The position numbers and the translations under genes are program-made. Below the pieces are notes generated by a model. That model did no database searches and was not told the origin of the DNA. It worked only from the letters and a program-made list of their open reading frames with translations. Shown one piece after another: positions 47,986-56,830 of a stretch of DNA of 64,000 nt. The DNA lies in contig CBFGKC010000007.1 in the NCBI GenBank assembly GCA_965649265.1, positions 1 through 64,000 of the forward strand. Reading direction: 5' to 3'. The DNA comes from a candidate division WOR-3 bacterium. Lineage in GTDB: Bacteria > Hydrothermota > Tepidihabitantia > B3-TA06. Each line of letters begins with the position of its first letter. Positions within the stretch are counted from its first letter, which is position 1.

Positions 47986-48297
47986 TTAACCTTCTTGCGG
48001 TATCTCTTTGCCCGTTTCCGCCGAAAGATACATCTGCCTCAGCATTCTTTCATCGTGACGTATCTCACTGCGAAGCATCGCCACAGCTTTTGAATCGGCT
48101 TCGAAAGCCACTCTCCAAAAGCGGGCCCTGGGGCGTTTCTTGATGGAATGTGCTAAATCGCGCACATCGTTTTCGACTTCCTGGATATTTTCAGCCTTGG
48201 CTTCCTTAAGGAGTTTGCGGAATGTCTCGCGAAAATCCTCAGTCGCCTTCTCTTCAATATCCGGGTCAAGTATCAATACTGCCTGGTAACGTTTCAA
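47986..48297 (-). CDS. rpsF: 30S ribosomal protein S6
   Basis: GGAGG then TTG; KRYQAVLILDP, RDLAHSIKK; synteny with ssb-rpsR. Confidence 0.88.
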   Translation of the reverse strand: MKRYQAVLILDPDIEEKATEDFRETFRKLLKEAKAENIQEVENDVRDLAHSIKKRPRARFWRVAFEADSKAVAMLRSEIRHDERMLRQMYLSAETGKEIPQEG

Positions 48298-48305
48298 CGT
48301 TCCTC

Positions 48306-49337
48306 CTATCTGAATTTGATTAACAGAACGTCTCCGTTCTGAACTGTATAATCTTTTCCTTTTATTTTGAGCCTGCCTGATGCGGACGCATCGTGCCACG
48401 AGCCGATCTCCAAAAGCTCTTCGGCAGACATAACCTCCGCCTTGACAAAACCACTTGCAATATCAGAGTGAATCTTTTCCGCCGCCTCGATTGCCTTTGA
48501 ACCACTGGTAAGGGTCCAGGCCCTGACCTCCGTACCCTTTATTGTGTAAAACCGGATGAGCCCAAGTTTATTGAGGGCCTCATCCAGTAAACCCTCAGGA
48601 CCGGCTTGGGCAAGACCTGCTTGCCTACGAAGCTCCTCTCTTTCTCTTGAAGAAAATTCCGAAAGCCCTTCCTCCAGTTTGACGGAAAGCCTGTAGGCGT
48701 CCTCCAACGAAACGGGAGCATTCTCTTCGGGAAGATTGAGCACATCCATTCTGGGTCTTGGGATAAGAAGACCCATGGATTTGAGAATGTCGTGTTCATC
48801 CGGTTTGTATGAGCCGTTAAGGCTGTAAGCTCCCTTCGAGATTCTATCCCGGTAGCGTTCAAGAAGTTCCATTTCGTTACGCGCTTCAACTCGTTTGCTG
48901 TCGTAATGAAGCCTTCGTTCCACTATCTCGAGATCGGCAAGGGCGAGTTCTGCAAGTACCACTTCCCTGTCACGCAAGGGGTCTATCGTTTCGAATACAT
49001 GCGGAGCATCGTCATCCTTGAACCCTCTGATAACGTGAAAGATGAGATCCACGTCGCGGATATGACCGAGAAATTTGTTTCCGAGCCCCTCCCCCTTGTG
49101 AGCATCCTTAATGAGCCCGGCAATGTCTATGATCTCTATGAGGGCATGAGTAAGCTTTTCTGGCTTGAGGAGTGCACCAAGCCGTTCAAGCGTCGGGTCA
49201 GGCAAAACTGCCATTCCATGGTTGGCATCTATCGTCGTAAATGGGTATGATTCAACAACAGCTGTCGACGACGTCGTAAGGTAATTGAACAGTGACGACT
49301 TACCTACGTTAGGAAGTCCAACAATGCCTATTCTCAT
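48306..49337 (-). CDS. ychF: Redox-regulated ATPase YchF
   Basis: GLPNVGKS, YPFTT, DIAGL, GEGLGNKFL, TGS domain. Confidence 0.93.
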   Translation of the reverse strand: MRIGIVGLPNVGKSSLFNYLTTSSTAVVESYPFTTIDANHGMAVLPDPTLERLGALLKPEKLTHALIEIIDIAGLIKDAHKGEGLGNKFLGHIRDVDLIFHVIRGFKDDDAPHVFETIDPLRDREVVLAELALADLEIVERRLHYDSKRVEARNEMELLERYRDRISKGAYSLNGSYKPDEHDILKSMGLLIPRPRMDVLNLPEENAPVSLEDAYRLSVKLEEGLSEFSSREREELRRQAGLAQAGPEGLLDEALNKLGLIRFYTIKGTEVRAWTLTSGSKAIEAAEKIHSDIASGFVKAEVMSAEELLEIGSWHDASASGRLKIKGKDYTVQNGDVLLIKFR

Positions 49338-49339
49338 CT

Positions 49340-49906
49340 TTAGTCGAGTCCCGTGTCTCTTGAGGCGTTTATCTCGTTCATAGCCATTTGGACCCCTTCG
49401 TTGATTGTAAGGAGAACCGCGTCACCGGAACGTTCGACGAGAAACGGAAGATTCTTCATCTCGTCCCTGGAAAAAGGTGCCAGGACGTAATCGGAAAGAT
49501 CTGTACCGGCCGGTCTTGGACCGATTCCTATGCGCAGACGAGCAAACTCCTCGGTGTCGAGATAGTCTATGATGGAGGCAAGCCCGTTGTGCCCGCCGTC
49601 GCCACCCTTGGTCCTCAATCGAAGCGTACCGAAAGGCAAGTCCACATCGTCGACCACGACAAAGAAATCGTCCCTGTGCCTTTTCAAGTAATCTCTTACT
49701 ACGACGCCTGAAAGATTCATGTACGAGAGCGGCTTGACCAGAACGAAATCGTGCCCCTTGCTCGAACCCTTCGCCGCCAGGGCCTGCCCTGAGGCGCGGA
49801 ATTTCAACTTGAGCTTAAGGGCTACCGAATCGAGCACCATAAATCCCATGTTGTGCCTCGAGAAGAGATACTGGGAACCAGGGTTTCCAAGACCAAAAAC
49901 TATCAC
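49340..49906 (-). CDS. pth: Peptidyl-tRNA hydrolase
   Basis: GLGNPG..RHN.GF, YMNLSG, GGHNGL. Confidence 0.95.
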   Translation of the reverse strand: MIVFGLGNPGSQYLFSRHNMGFMVLDSVALKLKLKFRASGQALAAKGSSKGHDFVLVKPLSYMNLSGVVVRDYLKRHRDDFFVVVDDVDLPFGTLRLRTKGGDGGHNGLASIIDYLDTEEFARLRIGIGPRPAGTDLSDYVLAPFSRDEMKNLPFLVERSGDAVLLTINEGVQMAMNEINASRDTGLD

Positions 49907-50550
49907 TCCTCCTTTTTTTCCTCCGCTGCTTCGGCCTCGGCACCTTCGCCGGCTTCACCCTCAACTGGAGCTGCGGTCTCAATGACCTTCTCCTTACGCG
50001 GTGTGACAACGGCTACAATGATGCTTTCCGGAGAACTCTGAACTTCAACCCCCTCCTGGAAGGTAAGATCACGCACCCTGATTGCGTCGCCGACGTTCAT
50101 ATTAGTGATATCGAGTTCCATGTGAAGGGGAAGCTTATTGAGTGGACCTTTGACGTCAACTTCGTAGCGCACGTGTTCAAGGATACCGCCCATTTTAAGA
50201 CCCGCTGGCGTGCCGTGAATAAGGATAGGCACGCTTACGTGCAATATCTCGCCGGGGTGTATCTTCTGGAAATCAACGTTGAGAAACTTTTCAGTCAACG
50301 GATGACGCTGTATTTCCTTTATGGCTGCGTTGAATTTGGTTCCATCCTTGGATTCGAGTTCGGTAATCAGGAGTTTGCCGCGCAGTTTAGCTATGACGTT
50401 GCGAAACTCCTCTTCCTCTATCGTTATCGAAAAGGATTCCTCTCCATGTCCGTAGACGACTGCGGGAATCTTCCCAGATGCGCGTAATTTACGGGTTACC
50501 GACTTTCCCGTACCTTCACGCAGAGCATAGGTAATTAAGTTCTTTGACAT
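49903..50550 (-). CDS. rplY: 50S ribosomal protein L25/Ctc
   Basis: RKLR..GKIPAVVYG, QRHP, VDF. Confidence 0.93.
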   Translation of the reverse strand: MSKNLITYALREGTGKSVTRKLRASGKIPAVVYGHGEESFSITIEEEEFRNVIAKLRGKLLITELESKDGTKFNAAIKEIQRHPLTEKFLNVDFQKIHPGEILHVSVPILIHGTPAGLKMGGILEHVRYEVDVKGPLNKLPLHMELDITNMNVGDAIRVRDLTFQEGVEVQSSPESIIVAVVTPRKEKVIETAAPVEGEAGEGAEAEAAEEKKEE

Positions 50551-50577
50551 TTTTCTCCTTCGATTTCTCTAAAAGAC

Positions 50578-51519
50578 TTAAACAAACAATGCGCTTACCG
50601 ATTCACCGTTGTGAATCCTGCGAATGGCTTCCGCAAGCAAACCGGCCACGGAAAGCAGTTTGAACTTTTCGCCCGTTAAACGTTCGTTGAGCGGCAGCGA
50701 ATCGGTAACGACTACTTCCTTTATTGAAGAGGTCGAAAGTTTTTCGATCGCCTCTCCGGCAAACACACCGTGGGTAGCGGCAACCCTTACTTCTTTTGCC
50801 CCGCGTTTGAGTAAAAGACCCGTCGACTCAAGAAGTGTAGTACCTGTGCTTACAATGTCGTCGAATAAAAGACACGTCTTTCCTTCAACATCACCGACGA
50901 GGTTCAGGGCCTCAGGTCGGTCCTTCTCCTCCCTTCGTTTGTCGACGATGGCCATGGGCAACCCGCCAAGCCTGCGGGCATAGCCCCGAGCCCTTCTTGC
51001 GCCTCCGGCATCAGGGGCAACGACGACGTATGAGGAGAGATCACGCTTCTTGAAGAACTCCGCAAAGACAGGCGTCGCGTAAAGATGATCCACCGGGATT
51101 GAAAAAAAACCCTGTATTTGCTCCGCGTGAAGCTCGAGTGCAAGAACCCTGTTCGCGCCGGCCTTCATTATGAGATCGGCCACAAGCTTGGCCGTTATAG
51201 GAACACGCGGCTCATCTTTCTTGTCCTGTCTGGCGTAACCGTAATAAGGTATGACTGCCGTAATCCTCGAGGCAGACGCTCTCATGGCTGCGTCAAGCAT
51301 TAAAAGAAGTTCCATGAGGTTATCGGAAGGAGGCTGAGTGGACTGAATGATAAATACATCCACCCCGCGTACGTTCTCTTCAATCTTGACGCGTATCTCT
51401 CCATCCTTGAAACGGTCTACCGTTGCATGCCCGAGATCGATTTCCATCTCGTCACATATCGCTCTGGCAAGGTGTGGAACCGAGTTTCCACAAAATACCT
51501 TCATTTCATCTCTTATCAC
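50578..51519 (-). CDS. prs: Ribose-phosphate pyrophosphokinase
   Basis: AGGAG then GTG at 51519; FKDGE, PYYGYARQD, DDIVSTGTT. Confidence 0.95.
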   Translation of the reverse strand: MIRDEMKVFCGNSVPHLARAICDEMEIDLGHATVDRFKDGEIRVKIEENVRGVDVFIIQSTQPPSDNLMELLLMLDAAMRASASRITAVIPYYGYARQDKKDEPRVPITAKLVADLIMKAGANRVLALELHAEQIQGFFSIPVDHLYATPVFAEFFKKRDLSSYVVVAPDAGGARRARGYARRLGGLPMAIVDKRREEKDRPEALNLVGDVEGKTCLLFDDIVSTGTTLLESTGLLLKRGAKEVRVAATHGVFAGEAIEKLSTSSIKEVVVTDSLPLNERLTGEKFKLLSVAGLLAEAIRRIHNGESVSALFV

Positions 51520-51536
51520 GATTCTCCTTTTAAGAG

Positions 51537-51607
51537 CTGGGGCGCAGGGATTCGAACCCCGATAATGGGAACCAAAATCCCATGTCCTGCCATTAGACGA
51601 CGCCCCA
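51537..51607 (-). tRNA. tRNA-Gln(TTG); CCA not encoded
   Basis: TGGGGCG..CGCCCCA acceptor; TGGGA-TTTTGGT-TCCCA; GGTTCGAATCC. Confidence 0.95.
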
Positions 51608-52438
51608 TCTTTCAAGCGTACTCACTCTAACCAAACGTCCCTCATAAGCCTCAGGAAGTACTATGTTCCTTTCTGGTGGAACTGCCGCGAAAAGAGCCGA
51701 GCCGCTTCCTGAAAGCCCGGCAAACCAAGCATCCTCTTTAAGGAAACACTCAATTATTTTTGAAAGCTCCGGATGTTTTTTGTATACTACGTCCTCAAAT
51801 GAGTTATGTAGCCAGAGCCTGGCTTCCTTGTATTGTCGCTCAAGTAGTGCCTTAAGCAGAAGTTTACACGCTTCTTCGCCGTTTGTCAACCGCTCAAGAT
51901 TCTTGTAAGCCCACGGAGTCGAGATTCCAAAGCCCGGTAAATAAAGAAAAAGATCCAATGGAGAAACCTCTATGGGAAAAAGCTCATCACCGCGGCCAAG
52001 GGCCAAAGATGGTTTCGGTGAAAGAAAAAAGGGACAATCCATGCCTATTTCAAGAGCAAGTGAACGTAATTCGTCGACCGTAAGATGTGTAGAAAATAAT
52101 TTATTCAATCCCAGAAGTGTTGCAGCCGCATCAGATGACCCTCCTCCCAGACCGTGCCCCACAGGGATCTGTTTCTCAAGCTTTATGATCACTCCGGAAC
52201 GAACACCTGTATAGGTAAAATAAAGATCGGCTGCCTTCCAAACGAGATTGCCTGTATCACGCGGCACGTGCGGTTCGTCGCAAAGAAGCTCTATTCCACT
52301 GGATCTTATGCTGAAGCTAAGTTGATCGAAGAGGCTGACCGGAAAGAAAAGAGAGCGCAGATCGTGATACCCGTCCGCCCTTAAACGTTCTACCCAGAGA
52401 CCGATATTGATCTTAGCAGGTGTTTTTAATGTAAGCAC
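51593..52438 (-). CDS. ispE: 4-diphosphocytidyl-2-C-methyl-D-erythritol kinase
   Basis: PAKINIGL, IPVGHGLGGGSSDAA, SGSGS. Confidence 0.93.
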   Translation of the reverse strand: MLTLKTPAKINIGLWVERLRADGYHDLRSLFFPVSLFDQLSFSIRSSGIELLCDEPHVPRDTGNLVWKAADLYFTYTGVRSGVIIKLEKQIPVGHGLGGGSSDAAATLLGLNKLFSTHLTVDELRSLALEIGMDCPFFLSPKPSLALGRGDELFPIEVSPLDLFLYLPGFGISTPWAYKNLERLTNGEEACKLLLKALLERQYKEARLWLHNSFEDVVYKKHPELSKIIECFLKEDAWFAGLSGSGSALFAAVPPERNIVLPEAYEGRLVRVSTLERWGVV

Positions 52439-53255
52439 TCAACGCCTCCTGCCACGAACGCAGAGGTTTACCTGAAAGCTTTTCATATCTCGAGCACGAA
52501 AGAACAGACTGCCTTGGTCGCACCGCTACGAAACCTATATCCTCCGACGTGGCTTTTTGAGGAACAATATCTTCCCCGAGCAAACGAATGATCTCCCGAC
52601 CCATCTCATACCTGGTACACGAGCCGCTGTTCGAAAGATGGAATACACTTTTTTCGCGTGAAAAGGCGATAAGATCAATAGCCGCTAGCAGATCGGGAAT
52701 ATAAGAAGGTGAACCCACGTGATCGGTGGCGAGTTTAAGAGTAATTTCACCTCTTACTCCCTTTTTCACGAAAGTGACGAAATCGCCAGGTGCGCCGAAA
52801 AGCCACGATACCCTTATAATTACGTGATTTGAGAGACGCGTTTCAACAACCTTTTCGCCTTCAAGTTTGGTCCTGCCGTAAGTGCTGATAGGAGAAGGTT
52901 CGTCCAACTCCGAGTACGGACTTTGCTTACGTCCATCGAATACATAATCGGTGCTGAAGTAGATAAACCTCGAATCCAACTCACCGGCTAGAGAGACTAA
53001 GTTACGAGTTGCCTCCACGTTATCTTGCCACGCCTTCTCTGGCTCCAGTTCGCATCTGTCAACATTAGTCATTGCGGCAGGATGACAGATAATCTCCGGT
53101 TTAAAATTGTCTACAATCCTTTTTAATTTGACCTTATCAAGGAGGTCTACTTCCTCACGTGATATACCCAGGGTATTGCAGCCCTTTGAGGATAAGAATC
53201 CAAAAAGGGCGCCGCCCAACCTGCCCCCCGCTCCGGTCACCAAAACTCTAATCAT
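52413..53255 (-). CDS. rfbD: dTDP-4-dehydrorhamnose reductase
   Basis: GAGGRLG, STDYVFDG, YGRTKLEGE. Confidence 0.9.
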   Translation of the reverse strand: MIRVLVTGAGGRLGGALFGFLSSKGCNTLGISREEVDLLDKVKLKRIVDNFKPEIICHPAAMTNVDRCELEPEKAWQDNVEATRNLVSLAGELDSRFIYFSTDYVFDGRKQSPYSELDEPSPISTYGRTKLEGEKVVETRLSNHVIIRVSWLFGAPGDFVTFVKKGVRGEITLKLATDHVGSPSYIPDLLAAIDLIAFSREKSVFHLSNSGSCTRYEMGREIIRLLGEDIVPQKATSEDIGFVAVRPRQSVLSCSRYEKLSGKPLRSWQEALSAYIKNTC

Positions 53256-53261
53256 AACTGA

Positions 53262-53335
53262 AGTCTAACATTAAAACATCTTGTGTCAAGAATCCCTACT
53301 AGAGGACTTGACAAAACAATCCATACCGTTATAAT
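53262..53335. promoter_or_regulatory. Divergent promoters (rfbD cluster / rrf2 operon), both probably leaderless
   Basis: Minus TTGACA-16-TAGACT (53289-53262); plus TTGACA-16-TATAAT (53308-53335). Confidence 0.72.
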
Positions 53336-53342
53336 AAGAATT

Positions 53343-53744
53343 GTGAACAGGTTGAATACTACTGTACGTTATGCTGTGAGGGCTACTCTGGCGCTCGCTG
53401 ATAATGACGAGAAACCTTTATCAATAAAAGCTATATCCGAGATGGAAGGGCTTTCCGTAAAATATCTTGAACAGCTTTTCCTGAAGCTGCGCAAGGCCGG
53501 GCTCGTACGCAGCCTGAGGGGCATGCATGGCGGATACTTCCTGGCCAGACCCGCAGAAAAAATCAGCCTCGGTGACATAATAAAAGCCGTTCAGAACGAA
53601 GGAGTTTTCGTTTCACCATGCACACGTCGTAAGGGCCACTGCGAGCGTCAGAAAGAATGCAGGGCCAGAAATTACTGGTGCAAACTCCAGGACATCCTGG
53701 ACGATTTTTTCAACAACACCTCGCTTTCATCATTGCAGGGATGA
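53343..53744 (+). CDS. Rrf2 family transcriptional regulator (Fe-S binding Cys)
   Basis: RYAVRA, YLEQLF..LRKAGLV.S.RG..GGY; C-X6-C-X5-C; GTG start. Confidence 0.9.
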   Translation: MNRLNTTVRYAVRATLALADNDEKPLSIKAISEMEGLSVKYLEQLFLKLRKAGLVRSLRGMHGGYFLARPAEKISLGDIIKAVQNEGVFVSPCTRRKGHCERQKECRARNYWCKLQDILDDFFNNTSLSSLQG

Positions 53745-54061
53745 GCTTTCTGGAAGTGCAGACCAGCTTTAAACTTGCAGAGGATGCAAAAAGAATTTCA
53801 CGCAAAATCGTTGAAGAACACCTCGCCGCATGCGCTAACGTTGTGCGTGGAGATTCTATCTACCACTGGAAAGGTGAGTTAGAAGAAGAGGAAGAGGTAT
53901 TCGTCTACTTCAAGACCGACGAAAAACATTACAAGGCTTTGGAGGCAAGGCTAAAGGAACTTCACCCATATGAGGTTCCAATGATCGTCGCCTTGCCGAT
54001 CAAGGATGGCCTAAGTCACTATTTAAGTTGGATTAGAGAGAACCTTTCGAAGGAGAAATAA
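53741..54061 (+). CDS. cutA: Divalent-cation tolerance protein CutA
   Basis: LAACAN, SIYHWKG, HPYEVP. Confidence 0.92.
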   Translation: MSFLEVQTSFKLAEDAKRISRKIVEEHLAACANVVRGDSIYHWKGELEEEEEVFVYFKTDEKHYKALEARLKELHPYEVPMIVALPIKDGLSHYLSWIRENLSKEK

Positions 54062-54366
54062 TGGTCACAAAGCTGCAGGTAAGGGAAGCGTTAAAAAAAG
54101 TTATCGATCCTGAAATCGGGCTCAACATCGTAGACCTCGGGCTCATTTACGACGTTCAGGTCGAAGATGACGTAGCTCACGTCCGTATGACACTTACAGT
54201 GCCGGGCTGCCCACTGAGCGGTATGCTCACGAGTCAGGCCGAAAAGGTCGTGAGCGAAATTGAAGGCATAAAGGGCGTAAAAATTGAACTTACGTGGGAT
54301 CCGCCATGGAATCCCCAGATGATGTCCGACGACGCCAAGCGCAAGCTCGGCTGGGGCGGGCAGTAA
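54061..54366 (+). CDS. DUF59/SufT-like Fe-S assembly factor
   Basis: DPEIGLNIVDLGLIY, TLTVPGCP, WDPPW. Confidence 0.92.
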   Translation: MVTKLQVREALKKVIDPEIGLNIVDLGLIYDVQVEDDVAHVRMTLTVPGCPLSGMLTSQAEKVVSEIEGIKGVKIELTWDPPWNPQMMSDDAKRKLGWGGQ

Positions 54367-54418
54367 TCGCATAAGTTTTAGCTAAACAATTAGTTAAGAG
54401 TAAAACGACTCCGGTTTT

Positions 54419-54498
54419 GGGGTCCCCGTAAGAGCGCGCAGCGATCTTGTGGGGTGTAAAATTAAGTAGGACAAAAGATGGTCAAAAGATGGACAAAA
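54419..54498 (+). repeat. GGGGTCCCC hairpin plus inverted 11-bp array
   Basis: Hairpin 54419-54455; three GATGG(A/T)CAAAA-type units 54467-54498. Confidence 0.75.
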
Positions 54499-54642
54499 CG
54501 GCAAATTTGCCCTCCAAAATGACTGAAATTCAGGGCAGATTTCAAAGCGCCGCCATGAGCGGCGGTAGGTTTTCTGGGGGGTAAAACCGAAATTGTCTTT
54601 GCGAGAGTCGCTGCTAGCGACCGAAGCAATCGCCTAAATCCT

Positions 54643-56100
54643 TTATGGAAGCTTTTCCTTGATGGCTGAGATTATTCTGTTTCCATCTTCTTCATTCAGA
54701 CTTGTTTTACACCATTCTTCCGCAAGTATTTCCCAAACGGCTTGTTTACTCTTCACAATTTTATTTCCTAAAGATTCTGTCCATTTGTGATGATTTGGTT
54801 GGAGTATACATTCATCGAGATCTTGGAATAAAGTTCCAGCCCCTATACCAAAACGTTCATTAAGAGATGACCAATTCTGCTGTTTTAAGCTCTCAAAAAC
54901 AACCCTCTCTGGAGCTTTATTGCCAGGCAAAGAAACTAACCCTTCATGAGGTGTATCACCATCAGTGATTGCCATTGAATTGTAAGGCAATCTGTTTTTT
55001 GAAGCTAACTCACCCATGGTGTTAACTACATTCGCCCCACCAATAGGCACGATGTCTATCCTTGGGAGCAAGGTTTGTCCTTGTTCGTTGTTTGCGAGAA
55101 TCGCTCTCAGAAGAATTTTTGATTCTAAATCTTCCACAAAAACATGTAACTCTGGATAGGTTGCTGAGTCTAATCTGCTTAACGCGAATTCAGAACTTGC
55201 CCCGTATACTATATTCATCTTGTCTTTACCTGGTTCTCTTCCTGGCAAAAGTAGAACTTTAGCTTCCTCAGGCAATTCTTCGAAAACATAAGAGCTATGT
55301 GTGGAAATAATGAATTGAACTTTATTTATTCTGCTGAACCAAAGCAGAAATTGAACAAGTCGCCTTTGTGCCTTAGGGTGTAAGGAAGCTTCAAGTTCGT
55401 CAATAATAACAAGAGAAGTAGGTGGAATAAGTTGAAGGCTTCGTATTAGATCTAAAGTCGAATCTTCGCCTGCACCTTGATGGAACTGCGAGATTTCGCC
55501 GAACCCCCTCGTGAGTAAACCTACTTCCTTTTTTTTGTCTAAATCTGTGGTCGCGAATCGTGCATTCAAATACTCCCGTCCTAATATACTTGAAAGTCGC
55601 TTTCTGAACTCAGGTAATATTTCTGTCGTTGAGGTTTCCTTAGACGCATAGTAAGCTATTTTCGGATAACCTACAGTTGCATCAAGCGGTAACGTACGGG
55701 CAACATCGAAAAAAAATACCGCGCGTTTGACTCGGCTTTCCGGAAATGCCCAACGCTCAGTATGTTTTTTTATTTCAAAGCTCCTTACATCCTGACCTTG
55801 ACGGACCCGATATTCCAAAGACAATTTTGAAATGTCATCCCATTGTGTTTTGATGAAAAATTTCGCTGGATAAAATGTTTTCCGTGATTTTTCATCTTGT
55901 TCATAAGCACATGCGGCTACTTTTAGTAATGTACTTTTGCCAGTTCCATTTTCACCAACAATTGCCGTAACGGGAAAGCGGAAATTAACAGTTTCACCTA
56001 ACCATCCTCTTAACCCATTTATTGATATTGATTCAAGAAACTTCGGCCACTGGCCTGCTAAGTGTTGTTTGTGTATCTTGTCTATTTCTTCGTAATCCAT
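54643..56100 (-). CDS. OLD-family-like ATP-dependent nuclease (ABC ATPase + TOPRIM)
   Basis: GENGTGKST, QGAGE, IIDELEASLHP, ISTHS, VFVED, TDGD; AGGAGG before ATG 56100. Confidence 0.85.
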   Translation of the reverse strand: MDYEEIDKIHKQHLAGQWPKFLESISINGLRGWLGETVNFRFPVTAIVGENGTGKSTLLKVAACAYEQDEKSRKTFYPAKFFIKTQWDDISKLSLEYRVRQGQDVRSFEIKKHTERWAFPESRVKRAVFFFDVARTLPLDATVGYPKIAYYASKETSTTEILPEFRKRLSSILGREYLNARFATTDLDKKKEVGLLTRGFGEISQFHQGAGEDSTLDLIRSLQLIPPTSLVIIDELEASLHPKAQRRLVQFLLWFSRINKVQFIISTHSSYVFEELPEEAKVLLLPGREPGKDKMNIVYGASSEFALSRLDSATYPELHVFVEDLESKILLRAILANNEQGQTLLPRIDIVPIGGANVVNTMGELASKNRLPYNSMAITDGDTPHEGLVSLPGNKAPERVVFESLKQQNWSSLNERFGIGAGTLFQDLDECILQPNHHKWTESLGNKIVKSKQAVWEILAEEWCKTSLNEEDGNRIISAIKEKLP

Positions 56101-56122
56101 CAGATACCTCCTATAAGAATGA

Positions 56123-56150
56123 ATCATAAGCCTTTTATTAGGAATGTCAA
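56123..56150 (-). promoter_or_regulatory. sigma70-like promoter of the ATPase-TOPRIM gene
   Basis: TTGACA-16bp-TATGAT. Confidence 0.7.
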
Positions 56151-56241
56151 TGGTATTTGCGATTGCTTCGGTCACTCGGCGCTCTTGCGGAAGGTACTTC
56201 CGCCCATGCGCCCCTGGCGCTCCCTCGCAATGACAGTAAAG

Positions 56242-56656
56242 GTCCCCCTCCCTAGTGGAGGGGGAAGGGGGCGGGGAGCAAGTTAGCGACCAAGGGGTCG
56301 CATTGGTCGAACTCACGTTCGACAGATAGCTGCAGAATCTGAGGGAGCGCCCCCCGGGGGGCCAACAAGCTCTCAGCAATTTTGTTAGAGATCTCTTTTG
56401 CCCCGCCTCCCTTATGAAGGGAGGTGACCGGAGGTCGGAGGGATCTTCGATTTCTGATCCCCCTCCCCCATCGAGGGGGAGGAATCCCTCACCTCTAACT
56501 CCTCTCCCGAAGGGCGAGGAGAACTATATACCCTCCTCCGCTCCGGGATGAGGATGTGTTACGGGACCTCTCCCATCGGGAGAGGGTGACGATCTAGAAG
56601 ATCGTCGGGTGAGGGCAGCGGGGTCCCCAAGCGGGCGCTTTGCGATCGCCTGGAGT
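56242..56656. repeat. Mosaic cluster of REP-like palindromes ending in a GGGGTCCCC hairpin
   Basis: CCTCCCTTATGAAGGGAGG, CCTCTCCCATCGGGAGAGG, GGGTGAGGGCAG, hairpin 56620-56656. Confidence 0.75.
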
Positions 56657-56688
56657 GGTCTCTGAGGGTGGCTGAGGAGGGCTTTATC

Positions 56689-56716
56689 TTGACTTTTAGC
56701 GAGAGATGAATATAGT
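56689..56716 (+). promoter_or_regulatory. tRNA-Val promoter
   Basis: TTGACT-16bp-TATAGT. Confidence 0.7.
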
Positions 56717-56730
56717 TAAGAATGTCAATC

Positions 56731-56806
56731 GGGCGATTAGCTCAGCTTTGGTTAGAGTACTTGCTTGACATGCAAGGGGTCAAAGGTTCGAATCCTTTAT
56801 CGCCCA
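56731..56806 (+). tRNA. tRNA-Val(GAC); CCA not encoded
   Basis: GGGCGAT..ATCGCCC-A; CTTGC-TTGACAT-GCAAG; GGTTCGAATCC. Confidence 0.95.
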
Positions 56807-56830
56807 TTATGAGAAAACGGGGAAGGCTAA

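Larger units (their letters stand above)
54594..56235. mobile_element. Putative REP-bounded cargo cassette carrying the ATPase-TOPRIM gene
   Basis: Perfect 15-bp IR GACCGAAGCAATCGC (54619-54633)/GCGATTGCTTCGGTC (56159-56173); 11/12 outer IR; low-GC interior; no transposase seen. Confidence 0.5.

Noticed and set aside
51520-51615. Long prs start (likewise long starts for purH, rpsF, ispH, rrf2, cutA)
   Set aside because: These overlap a tRNA or upstream genes; family N-termini and SD or promoter positions give shorter starts
56101-56379. N-terminal extension of the ATPase ORF in the ORF track
   Set aside because: Runs through REP palindromes; promoter and AGGAGG define ATG 56100
54367-56806. 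Integrase-mediated island or prophage at tRNA-Val
   Set aside because: No integrase or transposase and no duplicated tRNA end (att) seen
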